DNA of 32,000 bases from an archaeon GW2011_AR10 (GTDB lineage: Archaea > Iainarchaeota > Iainarchaeia > Iainarchaeales > GW2011-AR10). The notes below the pieces were generated by a model. It saw nothing but the letters and a program-made list of their open reading frames with translations. It had not been told where the DNA came from and did no database searches. The stretch spans positions 660,001 to 692,000 of the forward strand of contig CP010424.1 in the NCBI GenBank assembly GCA_000830275.1, read 5' to 3'. Shown here piece after piece: positions 7,501-14,845 of this stretch. The number at the start of each line of letters is the position of its first letter. The first letter of the stretch is position 1. The position numbers and the translations under genes were made by a program.

Positions 7501-10500
7501 TGATGGAAAATACGATGTAAAAAACTCTTTTGATCCTGGAGTGATAAAATACGAAATCGCTGCTGAGGGATTCAAGCCTGTTGAGGGAGAACTTCAGGTG
7601 CTTAAAACCGGGGTGCTGAGGCTGCCGGAGGAAGTGCAGGTAAGCATTCCTGCTGGGCAGGAACAGGCAAGCGTTTCAGTAAACCTCGAAAATATTTCAG
7701 AGGAGTTAGTGCAGGACATACAGTTTGAGGTGAAGAGGCGCGGCAATTTCCCTGTTGGAATGGAGCTGAAGGCAGGCGGGGTTTCATCCATTCAGGCTAA
7801 CTCAACTTACAGGGTGCCGTTTACTGCAGCTTACCATGGAATTGCCGAAAGAGAGCACGGCGAGGTTGATGTTATTGCAAGGGGCAGGGTGCTTGGCAAG
7901 TACTCTGTCAGCGCTGAAACAAGAGTGAAAATTGACTTTAACCCCGAGGTTGACCCGGCAGACATTGAGTTCAGCAAGTCAAAGTTAGTGGCTTACCTTG
8001 CAAGCGGCTACGACAACAGGCAGTTCTATGACAACAGCTATAATCAGCGTTACCCTTCAGGCTATGACAGTTCCCTGTACGGCACTGGTGGCAGCTCTCC
8101 GTATGGCACTTCCCAGTACGGCACTGGTGGCACTTCCCAGTACGGCACTGATTACTCCGGCGCAGGCTACTATGACAGCACTTCATATCCTTACAGTTAC
8201 TCCAACAACGTTTACGCGCAAAGGTACTATCCTTCTTATTTGACTGGCTATGGTTCAACTGATTACTCCAACTATAATGACACTCTCCCATACCGTTACC
8301 TTAATTACTCAAGCGCGCAGCAGGTTGAGTTCACTATCAGGAACAACTCTGACCTTGACTTGGTGCTGGTGCCGGATGTTGTAGCAGAGGACAAAATTGA
8401 TGCTGAGGGAATACAGGTTGATGTGCCGCAGGTTACGCTGAAAAAAAAGGGCACAGCTGTCGGCGGGAGAAGAGAGGACGAGAAAGCAGTGAAGGTTTCC
8501 ATAACAAACAAGCTGCTTAGGAATTATCCAAACAAGCAGTCATTCAAGTTTGACCTTGTGTTCAAATCAGATGCAGTCACTAAGTCCATTCCGCTGGAGA
8601 TTTTCATTTGGAGCCCAAAGTTTGCGCTGGAAATGCAGCGCAATGTTGAGCTGTGGCTTTCACAGGAAACTCCAACGTCGAGGGCAATTGCTCAGGTTCC
8701 ATTGTTTGTGAGGAACGTTGGTTTGGCGCCTGTTGAAAACATTGTGTTCAGGGCTTCGAGCGCGAGCCTTCGCGGCAATGTCAATGTCAGAGTAATTCCT
8801 GCTGTGCCTGTTCCATTCCTTGACAAGGGGCAGGCAATAACTCCGCCGCCAGCGCTTGTGGCTGAAGCAATTAGAACAGAGAAGACAACCCTGCTGGATG
8901 TGAAGCAGATTGACGTGTTTGGAACCATTGACGGAAGGCAGTACGAGTTCGGGCCAATTTTTGTGACAACCCACATTTCTAGGCCGGAGTGCTTGGTTGT
9001 TGTGCCTAACTCGCTTGAATTCCTAAGCGAAAAGGAAACAGGGGCAATAACAAAGGAATTGAAGGTTAAAAACACTTGCGCTGAAGAGGTAAGGGTTAGG
9101 CTCATTGAGCCAAGAGAGTTTGGCTCAAACAGTCTTGACTTGGCGTTTCCTGATGAAGTTGTTCCGCCGGGAAGTGATAGGCCAATTCAAATAATTTTAA
9201 CCAAGAACGAGGCGTGGAATGCGCAAACACAGGTTTTTTTGCGCGGCTTCCTTGTGAGAAGCGGCAGGTTCACTTCCTCTAACCCAATAAACGTTAACCT
9301 CAACATAGGCAAGCAGGGAGTGCAGGACAAAGTAGCTGTTGAAGAAATTTCTGTGCCGGTGTGTGGTGAGGAAGGAAAGGCAGCTGAAGAAAAGCTCGTT
9401 GCGTTTCCGAAGATTGCAACAGGCAATGACTGCAGCAACGCTTACTGTGATGCAAAACAGCTTTCAGAGTTCTTGGCTGAAAAAATCAGAAGCAGAATTG
9501 ATGAAACAAAGAGGCAGGTAACCAACTACAAATCTGACTTGCTGAATGTGCCTACTTGCGAAACGCATTCATCAGGCTACTGTTCTTTTGCTGACTTGGG
9601 GCTTTCAGGGGAGAGCTTCAGCGTTTACTTCCAGAACGACATTCTTTCACCGCAGCTACTGAAGGAAGCCCTAAGCGGGAAAGGCGCGGACCTTGCTTCT
9701 TACAGAACAGACTATGCTTCAGGCTCTGATCCGGGCAGGTTTTTGGGGCAGATTGGAAAACAGGTTTTAATCAACGGAAGGATTGAGGGGTGCGGGCGCT
9801 ATAGAATGTCTGTTAACGGAGCAGTGAAAGTGCAGGGCTCGCAGCTGCAGCCTGACCTAATGGTGATACTAATTGATGTGAACCCGGAGGGAGAAGCACT
9901 GGACAATGCAGAGGGAGCAGCAGGGGGAGCAATGACAGGAAAAGAAGTAACGGAGCAGTGCCTGCCGAAGATACAAAACATTGCGAACTTTTTGCCGCTG
10001 GATGAAGGGTTCACTCCAGCCAACAGAAAGGACACTTTGCTTGGACTGGTTGATGTCGGCGGTGAAACACCTGAGGAAAAGCAAAAGCTTGAGGGTTTGG
10101 GAAAAGAGGTTGCAACTGGAATGTTTGGGAACGAGGCAAGGTTTGTGCAGAACGCAACCACTTCCAACAGATTGAACCTGCAGATTGGCGAAACAACTGG
10201 TTACTTGGTTAAGGTTGACATTGAGAAAACAGGGGAGGGGGCAAAGAAGACAGTGAAAGCATTCATTCAGGATGCTGGAACTAATGCAGAAAAGCAGGGC
10301 AAGGTTGCGAAGGAGGCAGCACAAGCAATAATCGGCTTGAGGAACAACGCGATTGACGGATGCATTTCAGCAAACGATGATTATGCTTTGCTGAAGTCAG
10401 CTGCAGAAGTTGGGGAACTTGAGATAATGGCGTGCAAGGACAGCAAGTTAAGGATTTCAGTTGGAGAGAGCTGCTGTGATATAAGCGTGCTTGGCGACTT

Positions 10501-13069
10501 GCAGCAGGAAGTAGAAGCCGGGGCAAGCATTGACAAGGTAACCGGAATAAACCCGCCGCAGGTAAAGAAAGGCAATGCAGCGGTAACTGAAACAAAGCTT
10601 GATGCAAAAGACGAGAAAACAAACAAGTACAAATCCGAATTGCAGCTTTGCGTTACAGGATTAACTGATTTGCATAATGCTAATGGAAAGAAGGTGAAGC
10701 TTGACGCGCAGTACAAGGTTACGAAAGCAAAGGCTGCAGCAAAAGAGGTTGAATTGCAAGTATGCGGCCTGCACCCAAGCACTCTGCTTGACGAAGTGCA
10801 AAAGCAGCCTGCCGGCACTTATTACTTTAATCCCTCGTGGAAGGGCACCCCTGAAACAATCCAGTTGAAGGAACTCATTGAAGGAGAGGTTGCTGAAGCA
10901 AACCTTGCTGAAGCAGAGAAATCCGTTGCAAGCAACAAACCAGGCGGGCAGACAAAAATTGAGGACGCGAAGAAAACCCAGAGGCTGCGGGGGCTTGGAA
11001 TATATGTTGGAACATGCAGTGCGGTTGCTGCTTTGGCAGGATGGTGGACTGGATTCGGGATATTTTTGAACCCCTTAATTGACTGCATTATTCCTGCTGC
11101 TTGGTCAGGAGCAGACGACATCGGGTTAGGCGGAGTGAAGGAATGGATTTCAGATATTTCAGGAAAGGTGTTTGGTTTCCTTGGCGGAATCACTGACAGC
11201 CTTTTCGGAAAGTTTGATGATGTTACTGAAGCATTGACAGGGCCAACAGACAACATTGAAAACTTTGACGAGTTAAAGAACAGTGCTTTCACGACCGTAA
11301 GCACTTACTCGATTTACCGTGGTATCACAAACCCAAGCGATATCGCAACTGCATCCAATGTTAGGTCAGCTGCAAAAACAGTTTCAGAAAACCTTGCAGA
11401 CCAGATAATGAAAGACAATTTCCCGCATTATCCACTCATTAGGAGCGCGAGGAGCACTGCGCTTTGGAAAAACCTTTCAGACAAGTATTACAACGAAATT
11501 GTTAAGGGGGCTGAATCATCTTACGGAAAATCAACGCTTGATAATGCGGTGAGAAGTGCAACTGGAGCATCACATGCAGCTGTTGCAGCCGACAGTAAAG
11601 TGGTTGAAGAGTTTGTTAAGCTTAAGGGAAACCTGAAGCCTGAAGCACAAAACCTTTTGAAGGGAAATAAGGCAACTGTGCTGAATGAAGCGTTTGATTT
11701 GCAGAAATACACAGGAGCCGCTGAAGGCTCAGGAACAGTTAAGAAGTGGGATATTGGAGTTGATAGAACCACCACTCCTCCTAAATATTCTGAAAAAAGC
11801 TTTAAGAGCACCGCAGCAGGAATTGCTGACCAGCTGACTAATGACACGTGGCCGCAAATCAGGAGTGACATGGCTGAAAAGCTTGGAGCAGAGTTTGTAG
11901 GAGAAAATGAAAAAGAATTGAGGTCACTTTACAGGAGAGGCGTTGGAGCAGCAGTGAGAAACCAGCTCTCAACCCCAGTTGACGCTGGCACAGGAAGGCT
12001 TCTGTCTTTTTCCACTGAGTTCACGCCAGCAAACGCAAGAAGCTCCGTTACCGCTGGAGTTGAAAACATTAACAAGAATTTGGCCGGCAAGGCGCTTGAA
12101 TTCGTGGAAAAGAAGGCCGGCCCGAAAGTGATGCAGGAGCTTGCACAAAAAGCAGATGAAGCAATTACAAGCACTAAAGGCACTTACAGTTTGAAATGGA
12201 CTAATTTCAAGTCATATGCGAAAGGTTTCCTCAAAAATTTCGGCAAAGGAATTGCTGGAGGACTGATAGCGAATGCTGCCGGCTTGGCCGCTTACAAGGC
12301 TTACATGAACAGCGCTGGAAAAGCGGTTGAAGCTGATGAAACTTTCCAAGCGATGCAAGGAAATGCAAGTGATGATGACGGTGATGGCTTAATTGATGAA
12401 GAGGTTGCTGACGGCATTGACAATGATGGAGACGGAAAAGTGGATGAGGATGTAATAGAAATCAAGTCAGACATTACGCTGAAAAAGTACAAGCCGTACA
12501 AGGTAACAATCAGGGAGGAGTTCGGCAGGAAAACTTATACAATTGATGAAGCCGGTGAAGGCGCGGAAATTCCTGCTGACGCAAAGTTCATTGAAAAGTG
12601 CGATGCAACCCTGCAGGAAGATTTCGAGGTTGTTGGGAGCCTGCTGCCACAAGCAAACGAATTCAGTGGACAGGCCCCACAGGTTGCCAGCTACTACAAG
12701 CATTACTCTCCAATTACAAGGCATTTCTCTGATGCGTTTAATGTGCCGGAAGCGCTGCTTGTAACTGTTGCTTCATGGAAGACAGGCATGGGAACTCAAG
12801 GAAGCGTTGAGTGGATTACGAGCTGCAATTACGGCAGCGAGGAAACAAAGTCAGTTGAAAAGAGCTTTGAGTGCGCTGCAAGAGAACTAAGCACTGCACT
12901 GAATTCTTGCAGCGGGGAAGAAAACAGCAAGGAAAAGGTAACTTGCGCTTTGCAGAAATATGATTCCGCAGGGAACAAGAGGCCAAATGAAAAAGCAGCA
13001 AACTTTGATGAACTGTTTGAACAATTCGAGCTGTGGAACAAGAGGAAATTCACAATTGAGGCAAGCTGA
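4565..13069 (+). CDS. giant membrane-anchored surface protein, paralog 1 (2834 aa from ATG 4565; ORF track start 4541)
   Basis: Uninterrupted 8.5 kb ORF. Parts in order: N-terminal conserved motif (aa 1-47), TM helix (nt 4706-4768), tandem CarboxypepD_reg-like repeats (about nt 4770-6360), GMHVRVG (6503-6523), Tyr/Gly/Ser-rich segment (8006-8312), YCDAKQLS (9443-9466), core end YYFNPSW (about 10819), then a unique ~740 aa C-terminal extension. Start 4565 was chosen because MGISETLSGFYAKLEDKFY aligns with the N-termini of the paralogs. Confidence 0.9.
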   Translation: MGISETLSGFYAKLEDKFYGIADFFDSKGIPVNSAIDWVEDKGIPAFPLTIAAIVVVVALLYGFVFAATQQVTVVFDLKDNNGNALSQVRVSAVNSAGNNVPLGKTSFKDGEDVTLAGVPVGGTIKFSSQKEGYIDGKFSLQVSGTENLALLRMKKDVQTIVGQISLVDTETGDPVGEAQVIATLSDKSTVECNAGESIGAYECVGVLEGDSAKVDVRTSNFEDSSFTVSFFEGSVSEFELQPKASAAEGKSSLIIRVVDSATEQRVQGATIRIFDADDEGLISEVTDEDGEYIERVDKGLSLRVVVSRDGYIKYDSGAEGIERTMRDDEELWLVSMVEGGATVTVRVRDAGGAPLTGVVVSLFNSEAELLDEEKTLFAGEVDFSDLNAEATYFVTAFLDRYVPAREIVRPLQSKELDIELERLTQSNSSNLRVFVVDERNSAVNNAFLNFFELEDGKKTPSGIPQQKSDVTGKATVPVSVNISMLVEAVKGAQRGEAEVEIKQQGLNEALVTVRKELGLVTFALLDEDKEPVQGGHLTIKSGAGEELFRATLSGQNEVTVDVGENDYVKIDFLGTDGKTHAEEIYVKEQSRVEVIIGGKGSASLSPTLEFLGVFSASGAEVEGIKRGQDYFLKFQVVFPEGKGNYGMHVRVGDDSVKFADSQDVGIIGLSATGAQAFYGRTFSPFPEPGFEGVDMQNEGNPGGYNKFVELSFTEGGTKIVKVRVKAKETATDSSFDVKFRAWSEAGRSFYRAPVDSVLETAAFSSEKGTLYAETLKESVRIFQTDSSCEDDLCAGFKFIRSNDSEFAPEDFKAVVGEVYALEVELNPSKEIDATIRAVTSRSNPKIFWQGYGIDNFIDFPDNNKQETSIEVKGITAMPGQAVKTRLFFKTVELETASITLQVVTADDVLNESFFFDIFLERDMEFSIQPDEVTLGKDFSILLKEDTGKGIENATIKLKDKDGKHIETIIGDGSLGKGLDGKYDVKNSFDPGVIKYEIAAEGFKPVEGELQVLKTGVLRLPEEVQVSIPAGQEQASVSVNLENISEELVQDIQFEVKRRGNFPVGMELKAGGVSSIQANSTYRVPFTAAYHGIAEREHGEVDVIARGRVLGKYSVSAETRVKIDFNPEVDPADIEFSKSKLVAYLASGYDNRQFYDNSYNQRYPSGYDSSLYGTGGSSPYGTSQYGTGGTSQYGTDYSGAGYYDSTSYPYSYSNNVYAQRYYPSYLTGYGSTDYSNYNDTLPYRYLNYSSAQQVEFTIRNNSDLDLVLVPDVVAEDKIDAEGIQVDVPQVTLKKKGTAVGGRREDEKAVKVSITNKLLRNYPNKQSFKFDLVFKSDAVTKSIPLEIFIWSPKFALEMQRNVELWLSQETPTSRAIAQVPLFVRNVGLAPVENIVFRASSASLRGNVNVRVIPAVPVPFLDKGQAITPPPALVAEAIRTEKTTLLDVKQIDVFGTIDGRQYEFGPIFVTTHISRPECLVVVPNSLEFLSEKETGAITKELKVKNTCAEEVRVRLIEPREFGSNSLDLAFPDEVVPPGSDRPIQIILTKNEAWNAQTQVFLRGFLVRSGRFTSSNPINVNLNIGKQGVQDKVAVEEISVPVCGEEGKAAEEKLVAFPKIATGNDCSNAYCDAKQLSEFLAEKIRSRIDETKRQVTNYKSDLLNVPTCETHSSGYCSFADLGLSGESFSVYFQNDILSPQLLKEALSGKGADLASYRTDYASGSDPGRFLGQIGKQVLINGRIEGCGRYRMSVNGAVKVQGSQLQPDLMVILIDVNPEGEALDNAEGAAGGAMTGKEVTEQCLPKIQNIANFLPLDEGFTPANRKDTLLGLVDVGGETPEEKQKLEGLGKEVATGMFGNEARFVQNATTSNRLNLQIGETTGYLVKVDIEKTGEGAKKTVKAFIQDAGTNAEKQGKVAKEAAQAIIGLRNNAIDGCISANDDYALLKSAAEVGELEIMACKDSKLRISVGESCCDISVLGDLQQEVEAGASIDKVTGINPPQVKKGNAAVTETKLDAKDEKTNKYKSELQLCVTGLTDLHNANGKKVKLDAQYKVTKAKAAAKEVELQVCGLHPSTLLDEVQKQPAGTYYFNPSWKGTPETIQLKELIEGEVAEANLAEAEKSVASNKPGGQTKIEDAKKTQRLRGLGIYVGTCSAVAALAGWWTGFGIFLNPLIDCIIPAAWSGADDIGLGGVKEWISDISGKVFGFLGGITDSLFGKFDDVTEALTGPTDNIENFDELKNSAFTTVSTYSIYRGITNPSDIATASNVRSAAKTVSENLADQIMKDNFPHYPLIRSARSTALWKNLSDKYYNEIVKGAESSYGKSTLDNAVRSATGASHAAVAADSKVVEEFVKLKGNLKPEAQNLLKGNKATVLNEAFDLQKYTGAAEGSGTVKKWDIGVDRTTTPPKYSEKSFKSTAAGIADQLTNDTWPQIRSDMAEKLGAEFVGENEKELRSLYRRGVGAAVRNQLSTPVDAGTGRLLSFSTEFTPANARSSVTAGVENINKNLAGKALEFVEKKAGPKVMQELAQKADEAITSTKGTYSLKWTNFKSYAKGFLKNFGKGIAGGLIANAAGLAAYKAYMNSAGKAVEADETFQAMQGNASDDDGDGLIDEEVADGIDNDGDGKVDEDVIEIKSDITLKKYKPYKVTIREEFGRKTYTIDEAGEGAEIPADAKFIEKCDATLQEDFEVVGSLLPQANEFSGQAPQVASYYKHYSPITRHFSDAFNVPEALLVTVASWKTGMGTQGSVEWITSCNYGSEETKSVEKSFECAARELSTALNSCSGEENSKEKVTCALQKYDSAGNKRPNEKAANFDELFEQFELWNKRKFTIEAS
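8105..8152 (+). repeat. in-frame 24-nt tandem duplication inside the Tyr/Gly/Ser-rich segment of giant 1
   Basis: GGCACTTCCCAGTACGGCACTGGT (8105-8128) versus GGCACTTCCCAGTACGGCACTGAT (8129-8152), 23/24 identical. They encode GTSQYGTG and GTSQYGTD. A related TACGGCACTGGTGGCA is at 8078-8093. Confidence 0.9.
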
Positions 13070-13082
13070 ATAGAGAGTTAAA

Positions 13083-13091
13083 TATATTAAT
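13083..13091 (+). promoter_or_regulatory. TATA-box-like element for the pilin-like gene
   Basis: TATATTAAT lies 33 nt upstream of ATG 13116 and 14 nt after the giant-1 stop. The same 9-mer occurs upstream of giant gene 3. The geometry implies a near-leaderless transcript. Confidence 0.4.
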
Positions 13092-13115
13092 GAAATAAAC
13101 GATAATTTTCCTCTG

Positions 13116-14588
13116 ATGACTGGAATAAAGGGGTTCACGCTTTTCACTGCACTTGTTGCATTCATACTGATTGTTTTATCGGTGCTGCTGGTTCAGACAA
13201 TGATTCGCACCGAGAGGAATACAACTGACATCATTTCAGACATTCAGGAGGAACAGGAAATGCAGGCAATAGCTGATTTGGCGAGAGCAGAGGCACTGCA
13301 AACATTCAATTACGGCATCAGGTTTTCGATTGAGGACTGGCTCACAAAAGACGGGGATGGAGACGGCATTCCTGATAATGCTTACCTTTTGACGCCAAGC
13401 GAGTTGGCTGGAACTGATGCAGAGTCATGGGAGAACACAAAGAAAAAGTTCGCTGAATCCAATTTTGGTGTTGGAGGCGAAGGAACCCAGTTTGCCAACA
13501 GGGCAGCAAACCATCTTTCAACGCTGCTTGCAAGCACGCCTGATGTAAGGGGCTTCCAAGTAAATCTTGACAACAACAGCCAGGCGGTGATTGTTAGTGT
13601 GCTGGAACCATTGTTTGAGGACAGCAGTGCAAGGCAGGACTTTTTTGAAGTGATTCGGTGTGATGGCACTTGGGATGGTTGCCCGATAGGAACTTTTTAT
13701 GTTAACCTTGACATTGCAAGACTGACTGATGAGCAGTACGAGAAGCTGCCGCAGATTGTCGTGAAAAAAATCACAACAAAAGGAGAGGTGGAGAGGACTT
13801 TGAGGGAGCCGATTCTTCCAAGGGGAAATTTGCAGATTTATGTGCCGATAAGAATCTTCAAGGCAATTGCTGGGGCAAGAGATGTTGCAAGGACAGGCAG
13901 CGGGTTTTACTCTGGAGCAATTGATGCAACTTTGTTGGAGGTAAAGTTGGGGGTTTGTGGAGAGAACACTTGCGTGCCGGAATACCATTCTGCTTCCGGC
14001 CCTGACATTGAAGGTTTTGCCTGCGTCGGCGACACTTACGCTGACCATCCAAAAATTTCAAGCATTCCAGTTTTGATTGACGGAACATCTTTCAACTATG
14101 ATCCAAACAATGAGGAGGAAATGAGGAGCAGGCTGATTAACGAAGTTGGCAGGCCAAGGCTCCTCAACTTCTTTGCAAATGAGCTGACGCAAAACCTGCC
14201 TAATGACTTGAGTGTCCCGGCGGTTGACTTTCGGCTTGTAACAATTCCTGCGGGAAGCGGCTATGACACAATCCAGAGAACTTCTGTTATTGTTGTAACT
14301 CCTAAGACAAGGCAGGTTGATTTCATTGGTGCGCCATCTGGAGAAGCTGTTTGCGCGAGAATTGACAGGGTTGGCGGCTTCCTTGTGTTTGAGGACACCA
14401 AGCCGGATTACATGGTGAGCGAGTTGCCAAAATATGGTTCTCTTATCCCTACTAACAGGTATGCTGTGAGGCTTTCAACTGACTCTTTTTCTGGAGAAGT
14501 TCCTGCTGTTAAAACCTGTGAAACCATTGCAACCCCAACTGGAATAGACCTGGCAGATTTTACTTACAGATGCGAGTTCAGGGGCTGA
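13116..14588 (+). CDS. large Cys-rich protein with class III (type IV pilin-like) signal peptide
   Basis: 490 aa. N-terminus MTGIKG|FTLFTALVAFILIVLSVLLV: short basic n-region, KG, then a ~20 aa hydrophobic helix with no Glu at +5 (archaeal style). TSP3-like acidic loop DGDGDGIPD at nt 13350-13379. About 11 Cys, which suggests an extracellular disulfide-bonded domain. Confidence 0.8.
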   Translation: MTGIKGFTLFTALVAFILIVLSVLLVQTMIRTERNTTDIISDIQEEQEMQAIADLARAEALQTFNYGIRFSIEDWLTKDGDGDGIPDNAYLLTPSELAGTDAESWENTKKKFAESNFGVGGEGTQFANRAANHLSTLLASTPDVRGFQVNLDNNSQAVIVSVLEPLFEDSSARQDFFEVIRCDGTWDGCPIGTFYVNLDIARLTDEQYEKLPQIVVKKITTKGEVERTLREPILPRGNLQIYVPIRIFKAIAGARDVARTGSGFYSGAIDATLLEVKLGVCGENTCVPEYHSASGPDIEGFACVGDTYADHPKISSIPVLIDGTSFNYDPNNEEEMRSRLINEVGRPRLLNFFANELTQNLPNDLSVPAVDFRLVTIPAGSGYDTIQRTSVIVVTPKTRQVDFIGAPSGEAVCARIDRVGGFLVFEDTKPDYMVSELPKYGSLIPTNRYAVRLSTDSFSGEVPAVKTCETIATPTGIDLADFTYRCEFRG

Positions 14589-14638
14589 ATTGCGACAAAA
14601 AAGGTGATGGTTGAAACAGCAGTGGAATGAATCTCAAA

Positions 14639-14692
14639 CAACACTTTGTCAAAAAGAAAATAGGTGTTTTTATTTCACTTGACAAAGTGTTG
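14639..14692. repeat. perfect 14-bp inverted repeat (hairpin or palindromic operator candidate)
   Basis: CAACACTTTGTCAA (14639-14652) and TTGACAAAGTGTTG (14679-14692), with a 26-nt loop containing TTTTT (14667-14671). It starts 51 nt after the stop of the pilin-like gene. Confidence 0.7.
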
Positions 14693-14708
14693 AACCACTA
14701 TATGCAGT

Positions 14709-14733
14709 CCACCAAAATTATTTGGTGGTTTTT
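14709..14733 (+). terminator. hairpin plus T5 tract (intrinsic-terminator-like)
   Basis: CCACCAAA (14709-14716), loop ATTA, TTTGGTGG (14721-14728), followed by TTTTT (14729-14733). Confidence 0.4.
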
Positions 14734-14837
14734 GAGAGTTACAAATTCCACTAAAACCACCCATTAAAATAGGTGGAATTTGTTTGATTTTAATACTTGG
14801 CATGCAACACAGAATTGGTTTAAATAATATAGTAACT

Positions 14838-14845
14838 TTAATATA
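14838..14845 (+). promoter_or_regulatory. possible TATA-like element for giant gene 2
   Basis: TTAATATA is the reverse complement of the TATATTAA core seen at the other promoters. It lies 55 nt upstream of ATG 14893, a longer spacing than at the other genes, so the call is weak. Confidence 0.25.

Noticed and set aside
7021-7575. Long antisense or alternate-frame ORFs inside the giant genes (e.g. 7021-7575, 18264-18818, 29078-29650, 13518-14048, 14982-15491, 10822-11304, and 1757-2434 spanning two genes)
   Set aside because: All lie fully within much longer sense ORFs that have strong domain periodicity. Their translations are Ser/Leu/Pro/Cys-rich with no recognisable motifs. They are typical shadow ORFs of GAA/GNN-rich coding sequence.
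12770-12790. Calling the giant-1 tail an active lytic transglycosylase
   Set aside because: The residue aligned with the catalytic Glu is Lys (A-S-W-K-T-G), and I cannot verify the fold without a profile search. It is reported only as an SLT-like resemblance.
14627-14767. 46-codon + strand small ORF (MNLKQHFVKKKIGVFISLDKVLNHYMQSTKIIWWFLRVTNSTKTTH) in the spacer upstream of giant 2
   Set aside because: There is no SD or TATA box at a sensible distance. The ORF is spanned by inverted repeats that better explain the sequence as RNA/DNA structure. No recognisable family. It is kept only as a remote possibility.
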